Source: Dehalococcoidales bacterium | GTDB lineage: Bacteria; Chloroflexota; Dehalococcoidia; Dehalococcoidales; UBA2162 | Length of the DNA stretch: 57,764 nucleotides | NCBI GenBank assembly: GCA_030698765.1 | Contig: JAUYMF010000104.1 | Location: 1 to 57,764, forward strand | Direction: 5' to 3' | Notes under the pieces: generated by a model | Told to the model about the DNA's origin: nothing | Seen by the model: only the letters and a program-made list of their open reading frames with translations | Databases searched by the model: none | Part shown: piece by piece, positions 1 to 8,372 of the stretch | How positions within the stretch are numbered: the stretch's first letter is position 1 | Layout: the number at the start of each line of letters is the position of its first letter | Made by a program: the position numbers and the translations under genes

Positions 1-86
1 GGCGAAGCAATCTCGGCGGGGGCGGAATTATCCCTTACCCCCAGATTGCCACGTCGTCCACCGGAGGCGGACTCCTCGCAATGACA
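1..86. repeat. Partial copy (cut by window edge) of family-A palindromic intergenic repeat
   Basis: Ends in CTCGCAATGAC (75-85) and contains the inner inverted repeat GAAGCAATCTC...AGATTGCC, the same architecture as the full copy at 12824-12959. Confidence 0.6.
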
Positions 87-193
87 ACACGAGTAACGTG
101 CTTTTTATTGGAAAACGATTCGTTCCACTTCTTGAGCGAAAAATAATGCGTTACACCACACTAGTACTTTGTTTCGTAATTGAGTTGTCTTAT

Positions 194-258
194 GCGCGCC
201 GTTCGTGGTGAGTTTATCGAACCACCGGCGCGCCCTTCGACAAGCTCAGGGCGAGCGG
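194..258. repeat. GC-rich palindromic intergenic element
   Basis: GCGCGCCG (194-201) pairs with CGGCGCGC (226-233). An inner GTGGT/ACCAC stem is present. The element is followed by CCTTCGACAAGCTCAGGGCGAGCGG. Non-coding position downstream of the zinc-ribbon gene. Confidence 0.5.
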
Positions 259-297
259 AATTATGTGTGTACTATTTTTGATTTTTGAAACTGAGCA

Positions 298-519
298 CTA
301 GCCACCCTTCCCCAATAACCGTTTCCACCAGGGTACGGTATCACCGTACCCCTCTACGATGAAAGAATGTTCGCACCGGGCGCAGCGCCAGACCCGGGAC
401 TGCTTGTTGTAATAGGTGTTGGCGCTCCCGCAGCGGGGACAGCTTGTCCTTATCTTTTTTTCCGTCTCCCTGTCCAGTTTTTTCCAGTATTCGTCATTCC
501 AGCCGGGACGAACAGGCAT
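298..519 (-). CDS. Small zinc-ribbon protein, function unknown
   Basis: 73-aa ORF with two CxxC pairs (CPRCGS...CARCEH). AGGAGG lies 5 nt upstream of the ATG. The gene starts 13 nt after the stop of the upstream GTPase gene, so the two are probably co-transcribed. Confidence 0.6.
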   Translation of the reverse strand: MPVRPGWNDEYWKKLDRETEKKIRTSCPRCGSANTYYNKQSRVWRCARCEHSFIVEGYGDTVPWWKRLLGKGG

Positions 520-531
520 TGTAACCTCCTG

Positions 532-1512
532 TCACGCGTGCAGCTCGATGATATCTCCGTCCTGCAGGACGTGGTTTCTTTTCACCATCACGCCATCGTG
601 TTTGCCGGAACCCCACACCCGGGCGTACTTCAGCCGGGCGCGGAAATCCTTGTGGACTTCCAGGGCAGCATCCTCCAGGGTACTCCCCTGTCCCAGAATT
701 ATCGGGTCCGCCAAATCCGGTTTCTGCCCCGGCGTCTTGGTGTACACCCGGATAATATCAAGCGTCTGGTATATCTTGAGCCTCATTTCTTCGAGACCGG
801 CGCCCTCTTGCGCCGAGATGGCCACGATGGGCAGCCTGTCCCCGTACCGGCTCTGCAAAGCCGCGTAGTTCCGGGGGGACTGAGGCAGGTCCAGCTTGTT
901 GCCAACAATCAGCGCTTTCTTGTAGTGTAGAACAGACGGCGGCTCATCTTCAACCTCCGCTTTGATGATGCCTATCCTCATATCCTTCAACTCGTCGATT
1001 ATTGCCTGCATCTGGTCAAGCGGAGCATCATTCAGATCCACCACCGGCAATAGAGCGTCAGCCCGCACCAGCGCCGGAGGCAACCAGGGTTCACTGGATT
1101 GGGCTACCAGGGGCGGGGTATCAATCAACTGAATCTGGATGTTCTCGAACTCCATCATACCGGGTGTGGCTGTCTGGGTGGTGAAGGGATAGTCCGCCAC
1201 CGCCGGTGAGGCGCTGGTAATGCGGGCGACCAGTTGGGACTTGCCCGAGTTCGGCAATCCGATAACCACGACCTGAGCGGCCCCCTCTTTGGGGATCACC
1301 ATTGATGCCCTCTGGGTAGCCGCCTTCTTGTCAACCGACTGGGTCAACCTGGCGATGCGTCTTCTCAGCTCGGCACGCAGGTGGTCAGTCCCCTTGTGCC
1401 TGGGCATGATCGCCAGCATTTCTTCGAGGGCGGCTATCTTTTCCGGAGCCGTCCTGGCCAGACGGAAGTTCTTCTCCGCGTCAAAATACTGCGGGGGTAA
1501 ATTAGCCGGCAT
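532..1512 (-). CDS. Obg-superfamily GTPase of the DRG/Rbg type with C-terminal TGS domain
   Basis: 326 aa. G1 motif GLPNSGKS, G2 region YPFTT, G4 motif GNKLD. The C-terminus IRVYTKTPGQKPDLADPIIL...GSTLEDAALEVHKDF...KYARVWG closely matches the DRG-type TGS domain. The N-terminal helical KGTDHLRAELRRRIARL segment resembles the DRG N-terminus. Confidence 0.85.
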   Translation of the reverse strand: MPANLPPQYFDAEKNFRLARTAPEKIAALEEMLAIMPRHKGTDHLRAELRRRIARLTQSVDKKAATQRASMVIPKEGAAQVVVIGLPNSGKSQLVARITSASPAVADYPFTTQTATPGMMEFENIQIQLIDTPPLVAQSSEPWLPPALVRADALLPVVDLNDAPLDQMQAIIDELKDMRIGIIKAEVEDEPPSVLHYKKALIVGNKLDLPQSPRNYAALQSRYGDRLPIVAISAQEGAGLEEMRLKIYQTLDIIRVYTKTPGQKPDLADPIILGQGSTLEDAALEVHKDFRARLKYARVWGSGKHDGVMVKRNHVLQDGDIIELHA

Positions 1513-1632
1513 TTCTTATCCTGCTAGTACTATTGTTAAACCCCGTCCTCCCTGGAAATCCATCCCCCTGCCTCCTCCTTCCTTCGGCAGGCTCACTTCG
1601 TGGTGACTCAGTGGAACCAGGACAGGCTCTTT

Positions 1633-1653
1633 GGTAAAGGAAGGGGGAAGGGG
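1633..1653 (+). repeat. G-rich motif GGTAAAGGAAGGGGGAAGGGG, also present at 34961-34984 on the minus strand
   Basis: Near-identical to the reverse complement of 34961-34984 (GGTAAAGGGAAGGGGGAAAGCCCC). Intergenic position. Confidence 0.5.
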
Positions 1654-1659
1654 CTATAG

Positions 1660-1680
1660 AAGAGGGGCGAAACCCCTCTT
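1660..1680 (-). other. Stable hairpin downstream of uvrC; possible weak terminator
   Basis: AAGAGGGG-cgaaa-CCCCTCTT, an 8-bp GC-rich stem. No clear U-tract follows on either strand, so terminator function is uncertain. Confidence 0.35.
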
Positions 1681-1699
1681 ACACACCTCTTTAACGCCT

Positions 1700-1731
1700 G
1701 TCATTGCCACGGGCTTCGCCCTCGCAATGAC
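1700..1731. repeat. Minimal family-A palindromic repeat
   Basis: GTCATTGC...CTCGCAATGAC, the terminal inverted repeat of family A enclosing a short loop. Confidence 0.6.
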
Positions 1732-1856
1732 ACAGGCCTTTTTCTGTCAACCTCCTAATTCTGGGCTTAGGCAACTCTCTGACGCCCTTTTTGGCTCCCC
1801 GCCGGCTTAGCCATGCTCAACAGAAAATAGGGAGTACATTGTTAATCGCAGTTCTT

Positions 1857-3689
1857 CTACCCAAGATAACCCTTTATTCTCTTCGCCAGGCTGGCGGTAA
1901 TACCCTTGACCCGGGCTATTTCTTCCACAGTGGCTTCTCTAATGGCCTGCACCGAGCCAAAGTGCCTCAGTAAAGACCGCTTGCGCCTGGCGCCGATACC
2001 GGGGACAGTATCAAGCACGGAAACAAAAGTCCCCTTCTTACGCACTTTCTGATGATAGCTGAGGGCAAAGCGGTGCGCCTCGTCCCGCAGACGCTGCAGT
2101 AGCTGAAGTCCCGGCGAACTGCGGGGTAGAACAACCGGCGCTTTCTCCCGGGGGAGAAAAATCTCCTCATTTTCCTTGGCTAAACCGGCGGCAGGGACGT
2201 CCCCGGCCCCGGCTTCCTCCAGCGCCGCCAGCGCCGCATTCAGTTGCCCTTTGCCCCCGTCAATGAGGATAAGGTCGGGCAGTCCTGCCCAGGCATCCGG
2301 CGCGGCGGCATCCCGGCTTTTAAGACGCCGGAAGCGACGGCTGATGACCTCCTGAAGCATGGCATAGTCATTGGCTCCGGGCACCATCTTAATACGGAAG
2401 CGCCGGTAAAGGGCTGGCTTCGGCTTACCTCCCTCGAAGACCACCATACTGCCCACCGCGTCCGTTCCCTGGATATTAGAGATATCATAGCCTTCCATGC
2501 GGGCAGGCAGGCGCGGCAGCCGCAACTCTTCCTGTACTTCCGCCAGAGCCGCCTCCAGCACTTTAGGAGATGCCAGCTTCTTAATCTTGAGCTGTTCCAG
2601 TTCCTGGCGAGCGTTTTCGGCAACAATCTGCACCAGCTGTTTCCGGTTACCCCGGCCCGGCACCTGGATATCAACCCTGGCCCCTCTCCGGCTTTGCAGC
2701 CAGTCCCGGACCACGGCCATATCCTCCACCGGATGCTGGAGCAGTAAGAGCGGCGGAACGTAAGGGCTGGAACCGTAAAACTGTTTCACGAAGTCAGTCA
2801 TGATTTGCGGCGGCGCTTCATGCTGAGTGCCCTGCAGGACAAAGCTTTCCCGGCCAATCAGCTTGCCACCCCGGATAAAGAAGACCTGAGCACAGGCCTG
2901 GTCTCTATCCTGGGCGAAGGCAATAACATCCTGCTCGCCCCTGACCGTGGCGGCGATTCTCTGCCCTTCGACGACCCGGCGCATCGCCTGTATCTGGTCT
3001 CTGAGCAGCGCCGCCTTCTCAAAATCCAGGGCTTCAGCGGCCCTTCTCATCTGGCCCTCCAGTTTCCGCACCACCGTTCCCTGTTTTCCTTCCAGAAACA
3101 GGATCACCTGCTTGATGACATCATCATATTCCTGCTTGCTGACCGCCCCGATACAGGGCCCCAGGCAGTGGTTGATGTGATAGTCAAGGCAGGGTTGCCG
3201 GTCATTACCGGTGATTGTCCGGGAGCAGGAGCGGAACAGGAAGATCCCCCGCAACACCTTGAGCGTTTGCCGTACTGACCGGGCACTGGCAAAAGGGCCG
3301 AAATACCGCCCTCCGTTCTCTTCCAGACGGCGGGTAACACACACCCGGGGGCAATCTTCAGTGAGGTCAATATTGAGGTAAGGAAAGGCCTTATCATCCT
3401 TAAGACGGACGTTATAATGGGGATGGTGCCTCTTTATCAGATTTAACTCGAGGATAAGAGCTTCCTGCTCCGATGTGGTAACAAAGAAATCAAGGTCATG
3501 GACCCGCGCCACCAACCGTTGCAGCTTCGGCGACAGCTTTTGCCCGCTGCCGAAATATGACCTGACCCGGTTCTGGAGATTGGCCCCTTTACCCACGTAG
3601 AGGATATTACCCTCGGCGTCCCTCATCAGGTAGACACCCGGGCCGGAGGGTAGCTGTTTTAGCTGTTCGTTTACCAAACTGCTGGCCAA
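1857..3689 (-). CDS. uvrC: Excinuclease ABC subunit C
   Basis: 610 aa. N-terminal GIY-YIG region (GVYLMRD...ILYVGKG), central UvrC domains, C-terminal HhH. TTG start with GGGGGTGA upstream. Confidence 0.95.
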   Translation of the reverse strand: MASSLVNEQLKQLPSGPGVYLMRDAEGNILYVGKGANLQNRVRSYFGSGQKLSPKLQRLVARVHDLDFFVTTSEQEALILELNLIKRHHPHYNVRLKDDKAFPYLNIDLTEDCPRVCVTRRLEENGGRYFGPFASARSVRQTLKVLRGIFLFRSCSRTITGNDRQPCLDYHINHCLGPCIGAVSKQEYDDVIKQVILFLEGKQGTVVRKLEGQMRRAAEALDFEKAALLRDQIQAMRRVVEGQRIAATVRGEQDVIAFAQDRDQACAQVFFIRGGKLIGRESFVLQGTQHEAPPQIMTDFVKQFYGSSPYVPPLLLLQHPVEDMAVVRDWLQSRRGARVDIQVPGRGNRKQLVQIVAENARQELEQLKIKKLASPKVLEAALAEVQEELRLPRLPARMEGYDISNIQGTDAVGSMVVFEGGKPKPALYRRFRIKMVPGANDYAMLQEVISRRFRRLKSRDAAAPDAWAGLPDLILIDGGKGQLNAALAALEEAGAGDVPAAGLAKENEEIFLPREKAPVVLPRSSPGLQLLQRLRDEAHRFALSYHQKVRKKGTFVSVLDTVPGIGARRKRSLLRHFGSVQAIREATVEEIARVKGITASLAKRIKGYLG

Positions 3690-3852
3690 CTCATCACCCC
3701 CGGGTTCCCCGGATATACTTCTCGCTTTGCCGGCCGGTTAGCACCACCCCTTCTTCTCCCCGATGGAATCCACACCAGTAATTATAACCCTTTTTCGGTG
3801 ACTGGAAAAAGAAGATCAAAGAGACTGTTCAGCAACTAGTCTAGCATACCGA

Positions 3853-3976
3853 CGAAGCATGTCCCGTACTCCGATACGGTAATCGGTATCCAGAATGCCG
3901 CCAACGCGTGCCAAGATCGTTCTTTCCGGATTCCGTGTCAAGCCTGTCCTGGCGACAGGCCAGGGCTCGGAATGAC
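3853..3976. repeat. Family-C palindromic intergenic repeats (two adjacent units)
   Basis: GACGAAGCATGTCCCGTAC...TACGG...CCAGAATG parallels 42405-42455. The second unit, TTCCGGATTCCG...CCTGTCctggcGACAGG...CTCGGAATGAC, ends in the shared ATGAC terminus. Confidence 0.6.
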
Positions 3977-4035
3977 AAATCCTGTTATTACACAACCTTA
4001 TTGCTGAGGAGCGAATGAAGGCACGAAGCGACTGG

Positions 4036-5298
4036 CTAGGTTTCCCGGATGAGGTTGGCCAGGAACTCGGCGTTGGTTTTTGTCTTTCTCAAACGGTCAA
4101 TAATCCGTTCCGTGGCTTCAGCGAGGTTAGCCGAGTCAGAGGAAATCATGGATGCCATGCGCCGGAGCAGCCATACCTGCTTCAAGGTTTCCTCGCCGAG
4201 GAGGAGCTCCTCACGCCGGGTACCGCTGCGCTGAATATCTATCGCCGGGAAGGTCCGCCGTTCCGCCAGCCGGCGGTCAAGATGCACCTCCATATTACCC
4301 GTGCCCTTGAACTCTTCGTAAATCAGGTCATCCATGCGGCTGCCGGTATCAACCAGACAGGTGGCAAGAATGGTCAGACTACCGCCCTCAGCGGTGTTAC
4401 GGGCAGCGCCAAAGAAGTGCTTGGCCGGGTAGAGAGCCGCCGGGTCAATGCCTCCGGACAGGGTACGCCCGCTGGAAGGCATGGCCAGATTATAGGCCCT
4501 GGTGAGACGGGTAATGCCATCAAGCAGAATAAACACGTCCTTGCCGCTCTCCACCATGCGTTTAGCCCTGTCCAGGGCCAGCTCGGCGACACGGGTCTGG
4601 TTCTCCACCGGCTCATCAAAGGTAGCGGCGATTACCTCGCCCCTGACGGAGCGTTTCATGTCCGTAACCTCTTCCGGTCTTTCCCCGACCAGACATACCA
4701 GCAGGTGAATATCAGTATAGTTGTTGCTGGTACAGTTGGCGATAGACTTGAGTAGCATCGTCTTGCCGGCTTTCGGCGGAGAGACGATCAGACCCCGCTG
4801 CCCCCGGCCGATAGGCGCAATAAGGTTAATCAAACGGGCGGCGATATCATTAGCCGGGGTTTCCAGGTCGATGAGCCTGTCGGGAAAGGTGGGCGTGAGC
4901 GCCCCGAAATGGGGACGGCCCTTGGCCAGCTCCGGGTTCAGGTCATTAACGGCTTCTACCCGCAGCAGGCTGAAATACTTCTCTCCCGCCCTGGCAGGCC
5001 TGCCCTGACCGGCGACCATATCACCGTTGCGCAGGCCGAAACGCCGGATCTGGGACTGGGAAACGTAAATATCAGTGGCGCTGGGCAGCAGAGTACCATT
5101 CCTCAGGAAACCATAGCCGTCACTCATTATCTCCAGGATACCGCTGCAGAAGGTGTTCCCTTCCTGTTCCGTGTACGCCTGGAGCAGACGCATAATGATG
5201 TCCTGCTTCTTGAGACCGGAATGGTTGGTGATATCCATCTCTTTGGCCAGCTCAATCAGCTCGTCCTTGGATTTACTTTCCAGTTGATTCATATCCAT
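4036..5298 (-). CDS. rho: Transcription termination factor Rho
   Basis: 420 aa. Rho N-terminal and RNA-binding domains, Walker A PPKAGKT, RecA-type ATPase core. AGGAG lies upstream of the ATG. Confidence 0.96.
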   Translation of the reverse strand: MDMNQLESKSKDELIELAKEMDITNHSGLKKQDIIMRLLQAYTEQEGNTFCSGILEIMSDGYGFLRNGTLLPSATDIYVSQSQIRRFGLRNGDMVAGQGRPARAGEKYFSLLRVEAVNDLNPELAKGRPHFGALTPTFPDRLIDLETPANDIAARLINLIAPIGRGQRGLIVSPPKAGKTMLLKSIANCTSNNYTDIHLLVCLVGERPEEVTDMKRSVRGEVIAATFDEPVENQTRVAELALDRAKRMVESGKDVFILLDGITRLTRAYNLAMPSSGRTLSGGIDPAALYPAKHFFGAARNTAEGGSLTILATCLVDTGSRMDDLIYEEFKGTGNMEVHLDRRLAERRTFPAIDIQRSGTRREELLLGEETLKQVWLLRRMASMISSDSANLAEATERIIDRLRKTKTNAEFLANLIRET

Positions 5299-5352
5299 CT
5301 TAATTTTTCTCCTAGTTTTCAGGTATCATCAGGAAGAAGGGTTTATTTTAAA

Positions 5353-5358
5353 ATTATA
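5353..5358 (-). promoter_or_regulatory. Candidate -10 element (GCTATAAT) for rho
   Basis: The minus strand reads CCGCTATAATTTT about 50 nt upstream of the rho ATG. No good -35 is visible. Confidence 0.35.
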
Positions 5359-5414
5359 GCGGAGGGTGAATCCAGTCCCGCTTCATCACATCCATGGCAA
5401 CCATCCCGCTTAAG

Positions 5415-6068
5415 CTATCCGCGCGCCACGCTCTGCCCGTCCGCCAGAAAACGGCTGATCCCGATATCAGTCAGCGGGTGGCGTATCATCTGCATCAGCA
5501 CATTATAGGGAACGGTAGCAATGTGAGCCCCGACCTTAGCGGCCGCGATACAGTGCTCAGGGTGCCGGATACTGGCGGCGATCACCTCGGTTTTCAAGTC
5601 ATCATACTTACCAAAGACGTCAACGATATCCCCGACCAGTTTCATGCCGTCACTGCCGATATCATCCAGTCGGCCGACAAAGGGGCTGACATAGGCGGCG
5701 CCGGCCCGCGCTCCCAGCAGGGCCTGATTCAATGAGAAACAGAGGGTGAAGTTCACCTTGATGCCTTCTCCCGCCAGGACCGAGGTCACTTCCAGACCGT
5801 CAGCCGTAGCCGGGATCTTAATGATGATATTGGGCGCCCAGCGCGCGATTTGACGTGCCTGTTCAATCATCGGCTTGACCCCTTCAACCAGCACCTCGGC
5901 GGAAATCGGCCCGCAGTCAACCGCGCAAATCTCTTTGATGGCAGCTTCATAGTCTTTGATCCCAGCCTGGGAGACCAGGCTGGGATTGGTAGTAACGCCG
6001 CTGATAACACCCAGCTTGACCGCCCGTTTTATCTGGTCAAGATTAGCTGTATCCAGGAAAATACGCAT
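5415..6068 (-). CDS. tal: Short-type transaldolase / fructose-6-phosphate aldolase
   Basis: 217 aa. MRIFLDTAN...GVTTNPSL...KIPAT is typical of the roughly 215-aa transaldolase/FSA subfamily. Confidence 0.9.
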   Translation of the reverse strand: MRIFLDTANLDQIKRAVKLGVISGVTTNPSLVSQAGIKDYEAAIKEICAVDCGPISAEVLVEGVKPMIEQARQIARWAPNIIIKIPATADGLEVTSVLAGEGIKVNFTLCFSLNQALLGARAGAAYVSPFVGRLDDIGSDGMKLVGDIVDVFGKYDDLKTEVIAASIRHPEHCIAAAKVGAHIATVPYNVLMQMIRHPLTDIGISRFLADGQSVARG

Positions 6069-6097
6069 CCAGTCCTCTCAGCAATGTTATTTATCCG

Positions 6098-7732
6098 TTA
6101 AGTCGAAAAGGGCAGCGATGGCTGTGCCCCTTCCCGCAGTACGTCCCTGGCAACTCCGATAAAGTCTCGGAAGAGGGGATGGGCACGGCCGGGACGGGAG
6201 GTAAATTCGGGGTGGCACTGGCAACTGACCATCCAGGGGTGGCCGGTCAGCTCACAGAACTCCACCAGATTACCGTCAGGGGACAGGCCACTGCAGACCA
6301 TTCCCGCCTTTTCGAGCTGGTCGCGGAAGCGGTTGTTAAACTCGTAGCGGTGCCGGTGACGTTCCTGAATCAGGTTCCGTCCGTAAGCCTTGGACACCAG
6401 AGTACCTTCAACCAGTTGACAGGGGTAATCACCCAGGCGCATGGTACTGCCCTTGTCCTGCGTCTTTTTCTGACCGGGAAGCAGGTCAATAACCGGATGA
6501 GGAGTAGCTTCATTAAACTCGGTAGAGTTTGCCTCGGGGGAGTTCAGGGCATGGCGGGCAAATTCAATCACCATGACCTGCATCCCCAGGCATAATCCAA
6601 GGTAGGGGATTTTATTCTCCCGGGCATAGCGGGCGGCTTCTATCATGCCTTCAATCCCCCTGATACCGAAACCGCCGGGAACAACGATGCCCTGGGCGGA
6701 ACGCAGCAAAGCCTCTCCACCCTCCTTCTCCAAATCCTCCGATGAGACCCAGATGAGATTAACGTCCCGGTTATGGTGGAGGGCGGCGTGCTGCAAGGCT
6801 TCACGTACCGAATAATAAGAGTCCTTTAAGTCCACATATTTGCCGACCAGGGCGATGTTAACCGGCTCACGGGGCCTTTTGAGAGATGCCACCAGTTTCC
6901 GCCACTCGCTCAGGTCACTGCGGCGCGCTTCAAGTTCGAGCTTGTCCGTAATCAGCTGTCCCAGTCCTTCTTCTTCCAGTACCAGCGGTACTTCATAGAT
7001 GGTGTCCACTGTGGGCAGGGGAATAACCCCCTGACGCTCGACGTCACAAAAGCGGGATATCTTGTCCCTTAGCGCCTCCGGAATAGGGTGGTCACTACGG
7101 CAGATGATAATATCAGGCTGGATACCGATACGGCGCAACTCATTGACGCTGTGCTGAGTAGGCTTGGTCTTCAGCTCCTGGGTCGTCGCCAGATAGGGCA
7201 ACAGCGTGACATGGATATAGAGCACATTGTGCCGCCCGACGTCATTTCTCATCTGCCTGATAGCTTCCAGGAAGGGCTGTCCCTCAATATCGCCGACAGT
7301 ACCGCCCACCTCGATGATAACCACCTCCGCCCCGGACTGTTCAGCCAGCTTTTTAAAGCGGTCCTTTATCTCCGTAGTAACATGAGGCACCACCTGAATG
7401 GTGCCCCCGAGAAAATCACCCCGCCGCTCCTTGGCGATAACGGCGCTGTATATCTGCCCCGAGGTAATATTAGAATCACTGGTCAACTCAATGTCAATGA
7501 AGCGTTCGTAGTTGCCCAGGTCAAGGTCAGTCTCGGCGCCATCCCTGGTAACAAACACCTCGCCATGCTGGTAGGGGGACATTGTTCCGGGATCAACATT
7601 AAGATAGGGGTCCAGCTTCTGCACGGAGACGGTAATCTGGCGACTCTTCAGAATGGTACCAATTGAACCGACAGTGATACCCTTACCAACTGAACTGACT
7701 ACGCCACCGGTAACAAAGATGTATTTCGCCAT
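6098..7732 (-). CDS. pyrG: CTP synthase
   Basis: 544 aa. N-terminus MAKYIFVTGGVVSSVGKG. C-terminal glutamine amidotransferase domain (GLCLGMQ, HRHRYE). Confidence 0.97.
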   Translation of the reverse strand: MAKYIFVTGGVVSSVGKGITVGSIGTILKSRQITVSVQKLDPYLNVDPGTMSPYQHGEVFVTRDGAETDLDLGNYERFIDIELTSDSNITSGQIYSAVIAKERRGDFLGGTIQVVPHVTTEIKDRFKKLAEQSGAEVVIIEVGGTVGDIEGQPFLEAIRQMRNDVGRHNVLYIHVTLLPYLATTQELKTKPTQHSVNELRRIGIQPDIIICRSDHPIPEALRDKISRFCDVERQGVIPLPTVDTIYEVPLVLEEEGLGQLITDKLELEARRSDLSEWRKLVASLKRPREPVNIALVGKYVDLKDSYYSVREALQHAALHHNRDVNLIWVSSEDLEKEGGEALLRSAQGIVVPGGFGIRGIEGMIEAARYARENKIPYLGLCLGMQVMVIEFARHALNSPEANSTEFNEATPHPVIDLLPGQKKTQDKGSTMRLGDYPCQLVEGTLVSKAYGRNLIQERHRHRYEFNNRFRDQLEKAGMVCSGLSPDGNLVEFCELTGHPWMVSCQCHPEFTSRPGRAHPLFRDFIGVARDVLREGAQPSLPFST

Positions 7733-7823
7733 ACAGGAAAACCAGGCTAAACCTTAAGGGTACTATGAAAGATAACTCACGCTGGAAATTTTGGGCAAGA
7801 AGTGAAGCAAGGGGTTTCTCTTT

Positions 7824-7853
7824 ATTATAGAAAGAGAAATGTTAATTTGTCAA
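7824..7853 (-). promoter_or_regulatory. Candidate sigma-70-type promoter for pyrG
   Basis: The minus strand reads TTGACA-18 nt-TATAAT, both hexamers at consensus, about 90 nt upstream of the pyrG ATG. Confidence 0.6.
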
Positions 7854-7943
7854 GTTTTTGTACTGACCGGTTCTTCAGTACCCCCGGATTCCGTGAGATT
7901 TCAAACCCGTTAAACTTTACCCGGCACGATGAATCCTGCTCTG

Positions 7944-7952
7944 TGCTATAAT
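7944..7952 (+). promoter_or_regulatory. Extended -10 element TGcTATAAT placing the transcription start at the Trm112-family ATG (leaderless)
   Basis: TGTGCTATAAT ends at 7952 and the ATG is at 7959, the expected distance for a leaderless start. No SD is present. Confidence 0.45.
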
Positions 7953-7958
7953 CCAGCT

Positions 7959-8147
7959 ATGAAACGGGAACTTGTGGATATTTTAGCCTGTCCGGTATGC
8001 AAGGGGGAGCTGGAACTGAGCGTGGCAGAGGAGGATGAAGAGGAAGTAGTCAGCGGCTCTCTTTACTGCCCGAAGTGCCGGACACGCTATCCTATTACGG
8101 ATACCATCCCCAACCTGCTGCCCCCGGAGCGTACAGATTCGTCCTGA
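7959..8147 (+). CDS. Trm112-family small zinc-ribbon protein
   Basis: MKRELVDILACPVCKGEL...LYCPKCRTRYPITDTIPNLLP matches the Trm112/UPF0434 pattern. The ORF extends to an ATG at 7929, but that codon lies upstream of the -10 element. Confidence 0.8.
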   Translation: MKRELVDILACPVCKGELELSVAEEDEEEVVSGSLYCPKCRTRYPITDTIPNLLPPERTDSS

Positions 8148-8200
8148 TACTAACCCTATCCCCTTTGCCCTATTCCCCTAAACAAGGGGCTTATATCAAA

Positions 8201-8320
8201 TGTTACTCTGAAGGAGCACATTCGCTTCGCTCAGTGTAAACTCCGCGACCGAAGAATCTGTGGGTGGGGTACGAGTGAGTCTACACCGCCCCAAGACCCT
8301 TCGCCGCGCTCAGGGTGACA
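8201..8320. repeat. Family-B palindromic intergenic repeat (about 120 bp)
   Basis: Contains ACATTCGCTTCGCTCAGTGTAAACTCCGCGA and ends in CTCAGGGTGAC. Alignable with 42501-42627 and 55413-55537. Confidence 0.65.
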
Positions 8321-8372
8321 CGAAAATAGTTCTTTCAGGGCAAAGCACGCTTAAGAGGAAGTTTTAAGTAAT

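Noticed and set aside
367-930. Long plus-strand ORFs (187 aa and 150 aa) opposite the zinc-ribbon and GTPase genes.
   Set aside because: These are antisense shadow ORFs in GC-rich coding DNA. Their composition is Pro/Arg/Gly-rich, they have no motifs and no RBS, and the opposite strand encodes a clearly conserved GTPase.
4015-4755. A 246-aa plus-strand ORF opposite rho. Similar long antisense ORFs lie at 7088-7666 (pyrG), 28850-29608 (rplF/rplR), 43084-43584 (methyltransferase), 49501-50019 (ApgM-like) and 50872-51360 (lysC).
   Set aside because: Each lies fully inside a strongly conserved gene on the other strand and has a low-complexity translation. This is typical of stop-codon-poor antisense frames in GC-rich genomes.
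7929-7958. Upstream ATG extension of the Trm112-family ORF.
   Set aside because: The extension adds MNPALCYNPA, which has no family counterpart, and it would lie upstream of the TGTGCTATAAT -10 element. The start at 7959 gives the canonical N-terminus.
8201-8320. Possibility that the recurring intergenic repeats are a CRISPR array or CRISPR remnants.
   Set aside because: The copies are dispersed singly across the window. They are 30-136 bp long and internally palindromic, with no regular repeat-spacer periodicity and no cas genes.
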